From Dehalococcoidia bacterium (GTDB lineage Bacteria; Chloroflexota; Dehalococcoidia; GIF9; UBA5629), in contig JBEKIW010000003.1 of the NCBI GenBank assembly GCA_050011565.1, forward strand, positions 192,001-256,000: a stretch of DNA of 64,000 nt, in the 5' to 3' direction. The position numbers and the translations under genes are program-made. Numbering within the stretch: the stretch's first letter is position 1; every line of letters starts with the position of its first letter. This document shows positions 47,520 through 57,902 of this stretch, piece after piece. Below the pieces are notes generated by a model that saw only the letters and a list, made by a program, of their open reading frames with translations, ran no database searches and had not been told where the DNA came from.

Positions 47520-47562
47520 ATAGTAGCACTATTGTTCTATTTTAACAAGCTTAACTTGTCAC
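47520..47562 (-). promoter_or_regulatory. Sigma70-type promoter with overlapping LexA-like box (TAGAACAATAGTGCTA)
   Basis: Minus strand TTGTTA-17-TACTAT with extended TG; 47524-47562 is 31/39 identical to 25060-25098. Confidence 0.7.
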
Positions 47563-47646
47563 TATTTCTTTCGGAATCGGGGCCGGCTCCGATACGATTG
47601 GCAGCCTTTGGGTTAAATAAGCCGGTGTGCTATACTATGCGCCATT

Positions 47647-48906
47647 ATGAAGCACAGGGTTGCAGTTGTCGTATTGATTAGTACCCTGCTGCTCATGCTG
47701 GCGTGTGCTAGTTCCTCACAAAAGTATATTGAGCAGGCTGATACCTATTTCGCGCAGCAACAATGGAATGAAGCTATTAGCGAATACAGCAAGGCAATTG
47801 ACGACAATCCAAACCTGGCCTTGGCCTATAGCAAACGCAGCCAGGCTTATGCCGCCAAAGAAGATTGGAATGCGGCTGTCAGCGACCTGAATAAGGCTAT
47901 CGAGCTGGACCCGAAGTTAATTGAGGCCTACAGTCATCGTGCTGCAGTTTATCATGCTCAAGGGCAATGGGACATGGCCATTAGCGACCTGAATAAGGCT
48001 ATCGAGCTGGACCCGAACCTGGCCGTGGCATATAGCAGTAGAGGCTGGACCTACGCTTCCAAAGGGCAATTAGATTTAGCGCTTGCTGATTTGAACAAAG
48101 CCATTGAGTTAGACCCCAATCTGGCTGAGTCATATCATAATCGAGGTCTGGTCTACAACGCTCAGAGTCGTTGGGACATGGGCATCGCCGATTTGAGCAA
48201 GGCAATAGAGCTTGACCCGACCAATTTCACGGCATACGAGGACCGTGGCTCCGCCTATTCCAACACCGGGAAACTCGACCTGGCCATCGCTGACCTGAAT
48301 AAGGCTATAGAGCTGAAACCTGACTATGCATTGGCTTACTATAATCGCGGCCTGGTCTACAAGGAACAGGAAAAATGGGAACCGGCAATCGCCGATTTCA
48401 ACAAAGCATTGGAACTCGAACCGAGTCTCGTCGGTATCAATCAAGTACTGGCTGAAGTATACACCAACCGAGGTTTTATCTATCGGACACAAGAGCAAAA
48501 TGACCTGGCTATAGCCGACTTTAATAAGGCTATAGAACTGGACCCGAACCTGGCTGTAGCCTACTTTAATTTGGGCTGGGTGTACAATACGCAGGGAGAG
48601 TGGGAGCTGGCTATCACCAATTTTAGCAAAGCGGTGGAGTTGGAGCCCCATTACCCGCAGGCATACAGTAACAGGGCTTACAGCTATCTCGTCACTGGAG
48701 AATTGGATAAAGCTATCGCTGACTACAGCAAGGCAATTGAGCTAGACCCAAGTTATGCCCTGGCTTATTACAATAGGGCACTTGCCTACTACAACACCGG
48801 CCAGTCTGACCTGGCAGTTGCCGATTTCAATAAAACCATTCAGCTGTCGACCGACCCAGACCTGATTTCCTTAGCTAAGGACCGCATATCCGAGATCCAA
48901 AAATAA
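47647..48906 (+). CDS. TPR-repeat lipoprotein (about 11 TPRs)
   Basis: Lipobox MLAC; repeated AIADxNKAIELDP..AY..RG. Confidence 0.93.
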   Translation: MKHRVAVVVLISTLLLMLACASSSQKYIEQADTYFAQQQWNEAISEYSKAIDDNPNLALAYSKRSQAYAAKEDWNAAVSDLNKAIELDPKLIEAYSHRAAVYHAQGQWDMAISDLNKAIELDPNLAVAYSSRGWTYASKGQLDLALADLNKAIELDPNLAESYHNRGLVYNAQSRWDMGIADLSKAIELDPTNFTAYEDRGSAYSNTGKLDLAIADLNKAIELKPDYALAYYNRGLVYKEQEKWEPAIADFNKALELEPSLVGINQVLAEVYTNRGFIYRTQEQNDLAIADFNKAIELDPNLAVAYFNLGWVYNTQGEWELAITNFSKAVELEPHYPQAYSNRAYSYLVTGELDKAIADYSKAIELDPSYALAYYNRALAYYNTGQSDLAVADFNKTIQLSTDPDLISLAKDRISEIQK

Positions 48907-48936
48907 AGTAGTGTGGATTGAGAAATTTGGATTTAT

Positions 48937-49620
48937 TTAGGATTTGGTGCTTAGAATTTGGAATTTGTCCTTAAAAAAGTCAGCTACCTTATTGCCCAGA
49001 ACTGATTCATATCCCCACCACAGGTGGTCGGCTCCGTCAATTAGTTCAAATTGTTTTGGCTCAGCCGCTTCTCTACCCATCAGTCGCGCCTGCTCCAGCG
49101 GCACAATCATATCATTAGTTCCACAGATTAGAAGCTTTGGCTTGGGGCAGCTCTTCAATTGAGAAATCTGTGACTTTCCATGAGGCATTGAAATCAACGC
49201 CACTGCTCCGACTCTATCATCCGCGCAGGCAACGGGCAATGCCACAGCAGCGCCAAATGAATAACCCGAAAGCCCCACCCGGTTACCATCCGCTTCCGGC
49301 TGAGAAATAATCCAGCTTAGGGCGGCCGCCGCATCTTCTTGTTCGGCTATGCCACCCCCAAAGCTGCCCTGGCTGCCACCCACGCCGCGAAAGTTAAACA
49401 TAAAGGCAATAACAGACTTTTTTATCAGAGCCAAACTTATCGATAGAATAACGTTGTTATCCATCGAGCCGCCATAGACAGGATGAGGATGGCACAGCAC
49501 TACGGCCGGGAAAACTCCATCTCTGTCCGGGCAATAACACAGACCCTCAAGCGTAAGCTTACCGCAAGGAAAAGATACGTGCCTCTGCCTCAGCCTTTCG
49601 TCTCCCGTTTGCCTTGCCAC
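48937..49620 (-). CDS. Alpha/beta hydrolase
   Basis: HPHPVYGGSMDN, FNFRGVG, GYSFG nucleophile, GADH. Confidence 0.92.
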   Translation of the reverse strand: MARQTGDERLRQRHVSFPCGKLTLEGLCYCPDRDGVFPAVVLCHPHPVYGGSMDNNVILSISLALIKKSVIAFMFNFRGVGGSQGSFGGGIAEQEDAAAALSWIISQPEADGNRVGLSGYSFGAAVALPVACADDRVGAVALISMPHGKSQISQLKSCPKPKLLICGTNDMIVPLEQARLMGREAAEPKQFELIDGADHLWWGYESVLGNKVADFFKDKFQILSTKS

Positions 49621-50960
49621 CAGGCCTCAATTCTGGCTGCTATCTCTTTTTCGTAGCCCTGGTCACTTGGCGAATAGTATCGCTTCCCCTGAAGCATGTC
49701 CGGCAGATTCTGCTGTTCTACAAAGTGGCCCGGGTAATCGTGGGCATATTTGTAACCTTTTCCATAGCCGCTATCTTGCATCAACTTGGTAACCGGATTG
49801 CGCAGATGAAGCGGCACCGGCTCATTTCGACTCCGTTCAACGTCATGCTGCACCTTAGAGTAGGCTTCGTACAGAGAATTACTTTTCGGCGCTGTAGCCA
49901 AATAGGTTACGGCTTCAGCCAGAGCCAGATTGCCTTCAGGCATGCCGATAAAGTGGACGGCCTGTTGCGCTGCCACTGCTACCACCAATGCCTGAGGGTC
50001 AGCCATACCCACATCCTCGGAGGCGAAGCGTAGCAGTCGCCGGACAATATATAGAGGGTCTTCGCCCGCCTCCAGCATTCGCCCCAGCCAATATAAGGCT
50101 GCATCCGCGTCGGAACCACGCAGCGACTTATGAAGCGCCGAGATCAGGTCGTAATGCTGGTCGCCAGCCTTGTCATAAAGCAAAGCTCGATGCTGCAGTG
50201 CTTCCTCAATGGTTTTGAGGTTAAGCCGCCTATGTCCGTCAGCATCGGGCGCAGTGGCCTGTGTGGCCATCTCCAAAGCATTCAGAGCCACTCTGGCATC
50301 TCCGTTCGACATGACGACCAGGTGCGCCAAAGCATCTTCGTCAAGCCCTACATTGAACTTGCCTAACCCCCTGTCCTCATCTTTAATAGCTCGCTCAACG
50401 ATAAGACGGACCTCAGCATCACTCAAGGAATTCAGACTAAACACCCGGCATCTGGAAAGCAGCGCTGAGATAACTTCAAAGGAAGGATTTTCTGTAGTGG
50501 CGCCGATGAGAATTACTACACCGTTTTCCACATACGGCAATATGACGTCTTGCTGAGTCTTATTAAATCGGTGAATTTCATCAATAAACAGGATAGTACG
50601 CTGTCCGGTAAGCCTGCGTCTACGCCTGGCCTCATTCACAATGCGCCGTAAATCCGCGACTCCGGCATTGACGGCACTTAGAGGGCTGAAATGCGATTTG
50701 GTAACGTTAGCGATAACGTAGCCTAAAGTTGTCTTGCCGCTGCCTGGTGGCCCCCAGAGAATCATCGAAGGTAACTGGTCTGCTTCGATGGATTTTCTCA
50801 GCACCCGCCCTTTGCCCACAATATGTTCTTGCCCCACAAACTCATCGAAATTATGTGGGCGCATTCTGGCGGCTAGAGGTAAATCACCGGGCAATTCACC
50901 GTATGCCCAAACATCCTTTTTCTCCTTCTCCTCCTGCCCAGTCAAATCGAAAAGAGTCAT
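49590..50960 (-). CDS. rarA: Replication-associated recombination protein A (MgsA/RarA)
   Basis: PLAARMRP, WGPPGSGKTT, FIDEIHRFNK, ATTENPSF, SALHKSLRGSD. Confidence 0.97.
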   Translation of the reverse strand: MTLFDLTGQEEKEKKDVWAYGELPGDLPLAARMRPHNFDEFVGQEHIVGKGRVLRKSIEADQLPSMILWGPPGSGKTTLGYVIANVTKSHFSPLSAVNAGVADLRRIVNEARRRRRLTGQRTILFIDEIHRFNKTQQDVILPYVENGVVILIGATTENPSFEVISALLSRCRVFSLNSLSDAEVRLIVERAIKDEDRGLGKFNVGLDEDALAHLVVMSNGDARVALNALEMATQATAPDADGHRRLNLKTIEEALQHRALLYDKAGDQHYDLISALHKSLRGSDADAALYWLGRMLEAGEDPLYIVRRLLRFASEDVGMADPQALVVAVAAQQAVHFIGMPEGNLALAEAVTYLATAPKSNSLYEAYSKVQHDVERSRNEPVPLHLRNPVTKLMQDSGYGKGYKYAHDYPGHFVEQQNLPDMLQGKRYYSPSDQGYEKEIAARIEAWWQGKRETKG

Positions 50961-50961
50961 G

Positions 50962-52071
50962 CTAATCCGTCTTCTTCTCCGCCTCCACCGCTGGGGCTAG
51001 CCTGGCTGCCCTGTCATAATAGCTTTTAATTCTGTCAACATAAATCAACTCCGAAACAAGCACTGTCACTTTGGTAAAATTCTTCGAGCCATAGAAATTA
51101 CCATCTCTTATTTCAGCATTGGGTGCCAGCTCTCGTAGGCGATTACCCAGAGCCTTAATCATGTCCACATTGGCTTTTCCGGCCGGTGCCGAAAGTAGAA
51201 ACAAACCCTTACCGGCATCTTCCAGCTTGCAGTCAACCGACAACCGCATTAAAGCCAAATCCATGGCTTCCATGACTCTGAACGTATCAGAGCTCTTCCC
51301 CTCGAACCCGGCAGTTCTTCTGAACGAAAATATAGAGGATTGGAACTGGGCCTTGCCGACACCTATTGCCGTCCAACCGAATAGACTTTGCATGATATCA
51401 CCGGCGTCGAGCACTTTCCCGGCAACATACTTCGAGCCGGCTATCTCGCCAGCGCAGAGCAGGTCATAGAAGGGCAAAACTAATTCCCTATTCAAGCCGC
51501 CCATCTTTTGCGGTTGGGCTATGTTCCCCAGCAGCCCCAAACCCCCGTTATCTGCTAGAAATACAGCATCAGCCACCTTGTCAATGGTCTTTAGACACAT
51601 AGCCGTATTGTGAATACGCTGCGCATCGTCCAGCTCAGAATCAAAGGGTAAAACTAGAAGCGCGTAAACCGGCTTATCGATATGGCGCTCTTTGAGCATC
51701 TGAATCATCACCGGAAGACCGCCGGAACCAAGGCTACCGGCAGCGCCGGCAATGAACAGAAAGGCATCAGTATTTATGAAAGCACCCAGCCTCATGGCTA
51801 ACATAACCCGCTCGCTTTCATGACGCATCAGCTTGGCTCCTGCTTCCGTCGACTTATCTCCCATCCCAAGAGAGCCGCGAATAGGTACTGCCTTCAGCCA
51901 GTCCCATCCCGATTTAGTCAGTTCAGCCAGAACAGCCGGCTCATTATTAACGGCATAGGCGCAGGTAACTATGTTAGCGTGCCATTCTGCTCTCGCCATT
52001 TTATTTAACTCAGCGAATTCGCGAGCCAGTCTACAGCCGCAGTCTCCAACGCCGATAACCATCAATTTCAT
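50962..52071 (-). CDS. Tubulin/FtsZ superfamily protein, CetZ-like paralog with degenerate GTP-binding loops
   Basis: GVGDCG, GAAGSLGSG, no GHGVG loop, retains VLDAGDIMQS and GWTAIG. Confidence 0.85.
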   Translation of the reverse strand: MKLMVIGVGDCGCRLAREFAELNKMARAEWHANIVTCAYAVNNEPAVLAELTKSGWDWLKAVPIRGSLGMGDKSTEAGAKLMRHESERVMLAMRLGAFINTDAFLFIAGAAGSLGSGGLPVMIQMLKERHIDKPVYALLVLPFDSELDDAQRIHNTAMCLKTIDKVADAVFLADNGGLGLLGNIAQPQKMGGLNRELVLPFYDLLCAGEIAGSKYVAGKVLDAGDIMQSLFGWTAIGVGKAQFQSSIFSFRRTAGFEGKSSDTFRVMEAMDLALMRLSVDCKLEDAGKGLFLLSAPAGKANVDMIKALGNRLRELAPNAEIRDGNFYGSKNFTKVTVLVSELIYVDRIKSYYDRAARLAPAVEAEKKTD

Positions 52072-52118
52072 GTTATTTCTATCTCCTTGCCAAAAAGTAG
52101 CAGATATACACCGTTATG

Positions 52119-52634
52119 TCAAGCAAACCTTTCCACCCGGAAACGATACAATCTTATCGGCTCCCCGGCTGATATGCCGGCTTTAGCCCGGCAAATTTCC
52201 ATTTGTTCTTCAACTTTATCCACGCCTGCCAGGTCAGGCAACAACAGCCCGCGCCTGTAACCGCATTCTACAATCACACCATATTTCCGGGGGTCAAGCT
52301 GGTCAGTGCTTTGCACCGGCTCCGGTTCCGTAAGAATATCTACACTATATTCAAGGTCAACCAGCTCAGAGGTCTCCACCGGCATAAACCTTGGGTCCTG
52401 TGTAGCTGAGCTTATAGCATTGGCTACGATTTCCTCAGCTACGTTCGTCCTTGTTGGCATGAAAGTACCGATACAGCCCCTTAATTCACCGCGCTTCTTA
52501 ATAGATACAAAAACTCCTGCCCTCTGCTTCATCTCAGCGGTAAGCTTCCGCGGCTTGAATATCTTGCCCTGGCGGATATACCTTTCTACTGCTTTTCGAG
52601 CTAATTCAACTATCGCAGGACGTGGTTTAGTCAT
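52119..52634 (-). CDS. amrA: AmmeMemoRadiSam system protein A (AMMECR1 domain)
   Basis: [27 protein letters not shown]. Confidence 0.93.
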   Translation of the reverse strand: MTKPRPAIVELARKAVERYIRQGKIFKPRKLTAEMKQRAGVFVSIKKRGELRGCIGTFMPTRTNVAEEIVANAISSATQDPRFMPVETSELVDLEYSVDILTEPEPVQSTDQLDPRKYGVIVECGYRRGLLLPDLAGVDKVEEQMEICRAKAGISAGEPIRLYRFRVERFA

Positions 52635-52653
52635 TTGACTGCATTCTCTCCGA

Positions 52654-53457
52654 TTACTTTATTAATATTCCGGCATAACCCACCACACTGCTGTAATCAC
52701 CCGATGCGTCGCCGCTGGTCTGATACTTAACCAATTCTGCTTTTTTAGCGCCCATTTCCTTGGCCGCAGAGATAAGGCTGACCACCGGTGCATAACCGCA
52801 CATTGATATATCAAAATCAGCAACTCGTCTCAATAACTCGTCCTCATCTAAATTCAATATAGCCTCAATCGCCTTACTGTCCTTCTTCCTGGCTGACTCC
52901 TGAGGCTCATAATGCGTCATGTCGCTGCTGGCCAGGATTGTGACTTGCTTCTTCGACTCTTTTATGGCGGCGGCTAATTCCTTACCGATTCTCTTATATA
53001 CATTCCCGCGAGCGTGAGCCAGAACTATGGGCACTATCCTAACATCTGGTTTGAAATACTGCAAAAAGGGCACCTGGACCTCAAGAGAGTGCTCAAATTG
53101 ATGCGCCATATGGTCTTCTTCCAAATAGCTCGAAGATGTTAAAATTCGCTGTCCCAGCTCCGAGTCAATCTCCGTCTCACCTAAAGGTGTTATCCACGTG
53201 CCTTTGGTCATGATACTAAAACTTTTTCCTCGCCCGGTGTGATTTGGGCCAAGCATGACAAAGGTATCATTGAATTTAATCTCAGATATGACTGCTCCGG
53301 CTACCATACCCGAGTAGACATATCCGGCATGAGGCGAAATCAGCCCGATTACCTCAACCTTCCCTGCCTTGTCGTCTACCATGCTCTCAATCATCGTCCT
53401 GAGCCCGTCCGATGAGCCCGGGTAGAACTGTCCGGCAGCAATCGGCTCTCTAATCAT
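52654..53457 (-). CDS. amrB: AmmeMemoRadiSam system protein B (MEMO1 family)
   Basis: [38 protein letters not shown]. Confidence 0.94.
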   Translation of the reverse strand: MIREPIAAGQFYPGSSDGLRTMIESMVDDKAGKVEVIGLISPHAGYVYSGMVAGAVISEIKFNDTFVMLGPNHTGRGKSFSIMTKGTWITPLGETEIDSELGQRILTSSSYLEEDHMAHQFEHSLEVQVPFLQYFKPDVRIVPIVLAHARGNVYKRIGKELAAAIKESKKQVTILASSDMTHYEPQESARKKDSKAIEAILNLDEDELLRRVADFDISMCGYAPVVSLISAAKEMGAKKAELVKYQTSGDASGDYSSVVGYAGILIK

Positions 53458-54517
53458 GCACTCCTCCTCGTGATAGTAAAAACTGGCGAACCCAACCGGT
53501 CGTCTTGATATTAAGCTCAGACCCGCAAAACTTACACTTGGAACCGTCTACGCCAACTATGTCAACGTCATACCCCACCCGCTTAATCACCACGTTGCCG
53601 CAGCAGTAACAAACCGTGTTTTCCGCACTATGGCCGGGCACATTACCCAGATATACGAAACGCAGCCCAACTTTTTTGCCGATATTGTAAGCCTTTTCCA
53701 GGCTTGCTATCGATGTCGGCGGCAGATGCATCAGGTTGTATTGTGGATAGAATCGGGTCACATGCCACGGTGTCAGCTCACCCAGCTCATCGCGTATCCA
53801 GCCGGCGATACCGTTTAGCTGCTCGTCATCGTCATTCATCGTCGGAATAATATTAGTCACCACCTCGACATGCATTCCCCACTTTTTTTGAGCTCTCTTG
53901 GTAACGTCCAGTATGCCTCGCCACCGTGGAATTTTGGCTAAGTCACGATATAATTTGTCGGAAAAGCCCTTGATATCAACGCGCCAGGCATCAAGATAGG
54001 GGCCGATGGCATCCAGAGCTTCAGGTGTCAGGTAACCGTTGGTAACGTATCCCGTATAAAGGCCCTCTTTCTTGGCCAGTTTGGCTGAGTCCAGAGTATA
54101 TTCGAACCAGATGCTCGGCTCGTTATACGTCCAGGTAATACCGCCGCAGCCGCGCTGCTTAGCCAGCTTCACAGCCTCCTCCGGCGGCAAGTAACGTGAC
54201 TCATCTGACATCTCCGCCGGTGTCTCAATACAGGAAATCTGCCAGTTTTGACAATGTTTGCAGTGAAAATTACATCCCCAGGTGCCCAGGGATAAAGCTG
54301 AACTTCCCGGGAAAAAATGAAACAGGGGCTTTTTCTCAATAGGGTCAACAGCTACCGAGGAGGCTTGAGCGTAGTTGAGAACATGGAGAATACCGTCATC
54401 GTTTCGGCGCACCCGACAGACACCAAATTTGCCGGGGTTAATCACACAGCGCCATTGACAGATATTGCATCGTACCCTGGATTCAGAAAGCTTTTCATAA
54501 ATGAACACTTCAATCAT
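53450..54517 (-). CDS. amrS: AmmeMemoRadiSam system radical SAM enzyme
   Basis: DPIEKKPLFHF, CNFHCKHCQN, TYNEP. Confidence 0.95.
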   Translation of the reverse strand: MIEVFIYEKLSESRVRCNICQWRCVINPGKFGVCRVRRNDDGILHVLNYAQASSVAVDPIEKKPLFHFFPGSSALSLGTWGCNFHCKHCQNWQISCIETPAEMSDESRYLPPEEAVKLAKQRGCGGITWTYNEPSIWFEYTLDSAKLAKKEGLYTGYVTNGYLTPEALDAIGPYLDAWRVDIKGFSDKLYRDLAKIPRWRGILDVTKRAQKKWGMHVEVVTNIIPTMNDDDEQLNGIAGWIRDELGELTPWHVTRFYPQYNLMHLPPTSIASLEKAYNIGKKVGLRFVYLGNVPGHSAENTVCYCCGNVVIKRVGYDVDIVGVDGSKCKFCGSELNIKTTGWVRQFLLSRGGVHD

Positions 54518-54688
54518 AGAACCGCCCCACGTACCAATTATATCATTTCAATACGACTATTATAATAGCATGCTTACACTCCACTTATTGCTGAAGGCTT
54601 GGTTAATATATGAAGGGTGGTTGCACCAACTAGACAATGCCTAAAACTTGGTCTACAATTTCTTAAGAAAAACCTGAAAGGTGTAGAC

Positions 54689-55855
54689 ATGATACTAGAA
54701 CTCAACGAAGCCCAAAAAATACTCCAGAAGAACGCCCGCGAATTTATGGAACGTGAAATAATACCCATTGCCGATGAATATGACCGCAAATATCATCCAA
54801 TGCCCAAAGATGTTGCCCTCGGCCTGCTCAAGAAACTACTCCCGCTGGGCTACGTGGGCTCGACTTTGCCCCCGGAGTACGGCGGCCAGAGTTTGGACCT
54901 CGTCTCATACGGTGTACTCGGAGAGGAACTCTCACGCGCCTACCTCAGCCTGGGCATGATTGTCCTGATACAGGATGGCAGTGTGCTCCCTGTAATAGTT
55001 GCCCACGGTACTCCTGAGCAAAAAGCCAGGTACATCCCCAAAATAATGTCGCTGGAAAAGATAACCTGCTTTTGCCTGACTGAGCCCGATGTCGGCTCCG
55101 GAGCCCGTGACTTGAGTACTTCAGCAACACTTGACGGAGACCATTATGTACTCAACGGTACCAAAACATGGATAACCAATGGCGGCATCGCCGACCTGGC
55201 ACTCGTTTTTGCCTCTACCGACCGGAGCAAGGGAGCCAGGGGTATTTCTTGTTTCCTTGTCGATAGGGATGAATCACCATTCACCAGCCGGGAACTACCT
55301 AAATTAGGCTGCCGCTCCTGCCCTACCTCAGAGCTTAGCTTCGATGACTGCCGTGTGCCTAAGGAAAACCTGATTGGCACGCCGGGCAGCGCCTACGTGC
55401 TGGCGCTTTCTGAGCTGGCTAAACTTCGAGTCGCCGTCGGAATAGGAGCCGTAGGTTTAGCTCAGGCTGCTCTCAATGCAGCCATCAAATACGCCCAGGA
55501 AAGAAAACAATTTGGCCGCCCTATCGGTAGCTTTCAGCTCGTCCAAGAAATGATTGCCGATATGGCTATACTGACCGATGCCGCCCGATTAATTTGCTTC
55601 AGAGCTTTGTATCTGATAGGTAAAGGCCAAACCCCGTTCAAGGAAGCGTCTATGGCCAAAGCCTACAGTACCGAAATGGCTGTTGAGGTAACATCCAAAG
55701 CCATCCAGGTCCACGGCGCCTACGGTATCTCCGAAGAATACCCCGTGGAGCGTTATTTCCGCGACGCTCGCACGCTTACTTTCCCTGATGGTGCTACACA
55801 AATACAGAAACTGGTCATCGGCCGTGAACTATTGGGCATTTCGGCCTTCGTCTAA
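54689..55855 (+). CDS. Acyl-CoA dehydrogenase
   Basis: CLTEPDVGS, LNGTKTWITNG, RKQFGRPIGSFQ, QVHGAYG, ERYFRDAR. Confidence 0.95.
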   Translation: MILELNEAQKILQKNAREFMEREIIPIADEYDRKYHPMPKDVALGLLKKLLPLGYVGSTLPPEYGGQSLDLVSYGVLGEELSRAYLSLGMIVLIQDGSVLPVIVAHGTPEQKARYIPKIMSLEKITCFCLTEPDVGSGARDLSTSATLDGDHYVLNGTKTWITNGGIADLALVFASTDRSKGARGISCFLVDRDESPFTSRELPKLGCRSCPTSELSFDDCRVPKENLIGTPGSAYVLALSELAKLRVAVGIGAVGLAQAALNAAIKYAQERKQFGRPIGSFQLVQEMIADMAILTDAARLICFRALYLIGKGQTPFKEASMAKAYSTEMAVEVTSKAIQVHGAYGISEEYPVERYFRDARTLTFPDGATQIQKLVIGRELLGISAFV

Positions 55856-55870
55856 GGCCCTATAAAAACC

Positions 55871-56464
55871 ATGCTCGTCATTGGCCTAACCGGGAACTTA
55901 GGCACCGGCAAGACCGAAGTAGCTCAGATTCTTGCCGAACTCGGCGCTGTAGTAATAAACGCCGATGAGCTTGGGCATGAACTCCTCCAACTGAGTACCC
56001 GGGCATATACGGAAATAGTGGCTGCTTTTGGCAAATCTATACTCAAACATAATGGAGAAATAGACCGTAAAAAACTGGGCCAGCTGGTCTTTGATGACCC
56101 CGCAGCATTGAACAAACTTAACCGGATAATGCACCCGCGGATATACGAGATAGTCAGGCAAAAAATAGAGGAATATCGCCAGTCAGGTGCCGGGGTTGTA
56201 GTCCTCGAAGCTGCTCTGCTTATCGAAGCCGGTTGGAAGCCGCTCCTAGACCAGGTCTGGGTTACCACAGCCCCCGAAGCCACCATATTAGAACGGCTGA
56301 AGAAGGCCAGAGGGCTTAGTCAAGAGCAGATCCTGGCTCGCCTCAAGGCTCAGATGCCGCAAAAAGAAAAGATGAAACAGGCAGACTTGGTCATAAACAC
56401 CGATTGCCCAATCGACGAACTTAGAGCCAGAATAACCGAATTATGGAACAAGCTCCAGGTCTGA
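55871..56464 (+). CDS. coaE: Dephospho-CoA kinase
   Basis: IGLTGNLGTGK, IDRKKLG, IMHP, EAALLIE. Confidence 0.95.
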   Translation: MLVIGLTGNLGTGKTEVAQILAELGAVVINADELGHELLQLSTRAYTEIVAAFGKSILKHNGEIDRKKLGQLVFDDPAALNKLNRIMHPRIYEIVRQKIEEYRQSGAGVVVLEAALLIEAGWKPLLDQVWVTTAPEATILERLKKARGLSQEQILARLKAQMPQKEKMKQADLVINTDCPIDELRARITELWNKLQV

Positions 56465-56481
56465 AAAGACCCCAAGTTACA

Positions 56482-56925
56482 CTACCAGTTCCAGGCCAGC
56501 AGTAAGGCAAGGACAATCCCCAAAATAGCCCCGGCAGCAACCTCAAACTTGGTATGGCCTATTAGCTCTTTTACACGCTGCTGAAACGCCGGATTACCTT
56601 TAAAAAGCTCCTCCACGATGTGATTCAGCATCGTCGACTGGGTACTTACCGTCTGGCGCACTCCGGCAGCATCATACATCACCACCAGCGCAAAAAAAGC
56701 AGATATGGCGAAAACGGCCGAACCTACACCGTAAACTACAGCTACGGTCGTCGCCAGCGCACAGACCAGTGCAGCATGCGAGCTGGGCATGCCACCCATG
56801 GTAATCAGATAGGAAAAATTCAAATGCCTGTCTTTTATAGACTCAATAATAACCTTCAATATCTGAGCCACACACCAGGCAGCCGCAGGCACCCATAATG
56901 CTTTATTGCTTAAAACTGATTCCAA
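56482..56925 (-). CDS. Divergent PAP2 family (DUF212) membrane protein
   Basis: AQILK, GGMPSSH, VMYDAAGVR, ELIGHT. Confidence 0.92.
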   Translation of the reverse strand: MESVLSNKALWVPAAAWCVAQILKVIIESIKDRHLNFSYLITMGGMPSSHAALVCALATTVAVVYGVGSAVFAISAFFALVVMYDAAGVRQTVSTQSTMLNHIVEELFKGNPAFQQRVKELIGHTKFEVAAGAILGIVLALLLAWNW

Positions 56926-57171
56926 GATTTCTCCTTTTACGCGAGCTATCTGCTACTTAAGTTATCTTAAAGAGGTAAATTATACCACAGACGCAGCTGC
57001 TATACTTACGAATTGACCTCTCTGGTAAAAGCACAATTTATTAGTGCTTTTCTTCGGAGCAAAAGAGCCGTCTGAATATTTTTAGCCAAGAGGCGCAGAC
57101 CGGTGGAGCTCGACTAAATCAAGAGGATATCACGGAAAATAGAAGACCGTTTCATATGCGGCAGAGCGACT

Positions 57172-57864
57172 TTATTGAAGCGACTTATAGACTTCCAGGC
57201 TGCCTATATCGAACCACACATCACTGAACAGATAAGCATTGACCTGGTCTATTTCTACCAGATAAGAGATAAAGTTGCCCAGATTGTCCCCGCCCTCGGT
57301 ACAACATTGAAATACCAGTGGAAATATACGGGGCGGGAAAATATAGCAGGCAATGGCGACCAGGCTCGATTCAGGCTTCATCGGCTTCTCAACAAGCTCG
57401 ACTATCCTGTTACCTTCTAACCGGACGACGCCGAATTGCCCCGCCTTACTTTTATCACCGATATCATAAACAGCCACCAGAGTGTGTTCGCCCGTATAAG
57501 CAGCAATGAACTTACGCAGGTCGAACTCGAAGTAGTTATCGCTGGCTATGACCAGCAAATCATCGGTTATATTTTTAGTTTTAATCCAATAGTCCAGTGA
57601 GCCTACGGCACCAAAGGCCTGTTCCTCGGTTAAGACCGGCTCAACGCACAGGGTCACTACCCTGCCTATCTTATCTTTCCACTGGCGAAAATCAAGTTCG
57701 AATTTCCGGTTGATGTTAACCAGTATATCTATATCTTGAGGAATCTTATCGATAATGTGGCTTATTACTGGTTTACCGTTGTATTCGAGCAGCGCCTTCG
57801 CTTTACTTTTGGTCAGTGGATATAGCCTCGTCCCGAAGCCGCTAGCCAGTATCAAACATTTCAT
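57172..57864 (-). CDS. Sugar-phosphate nucleotidyltransferase
   Basis: LILASGFGTRLYPLT, VEKP, WFDIGS. Confidence 0.9.
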   Translation of the reverse strand: MKCLILASGFGTRLYPLTKSKAKALLEYNGKPVISHIIDKIPQDIDILVNINRKFELDFRQWKDKIGRVVTLCVEPVLTEEQAFGAVGSLDYWIKTKNITDDLLVIASDNYFEFDLRKFIAAYTGEHTLVAVYDIGDKSKAGQFGVVRLEGNRIVELVEKPMKPESSLVAIACYIFPPRIFPLVFQCCTEGGDNLGNFISYLVEIDQVNAYLFSDVWFDIGSLEVYKSLQ

Positions 57865-57902
57865 AAAACTGAGCTTCAACTAACAGAGGAGTTTAACCTG
57901 AT

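Noticed and set aside
47881-48560. Near-identical DNA repeats suggesting a DGR template/variable pair
   Set aside because: They are in-frame TPR-coding repeats; there is no reverse transcriptase or adenine-specific mismatch pattern.
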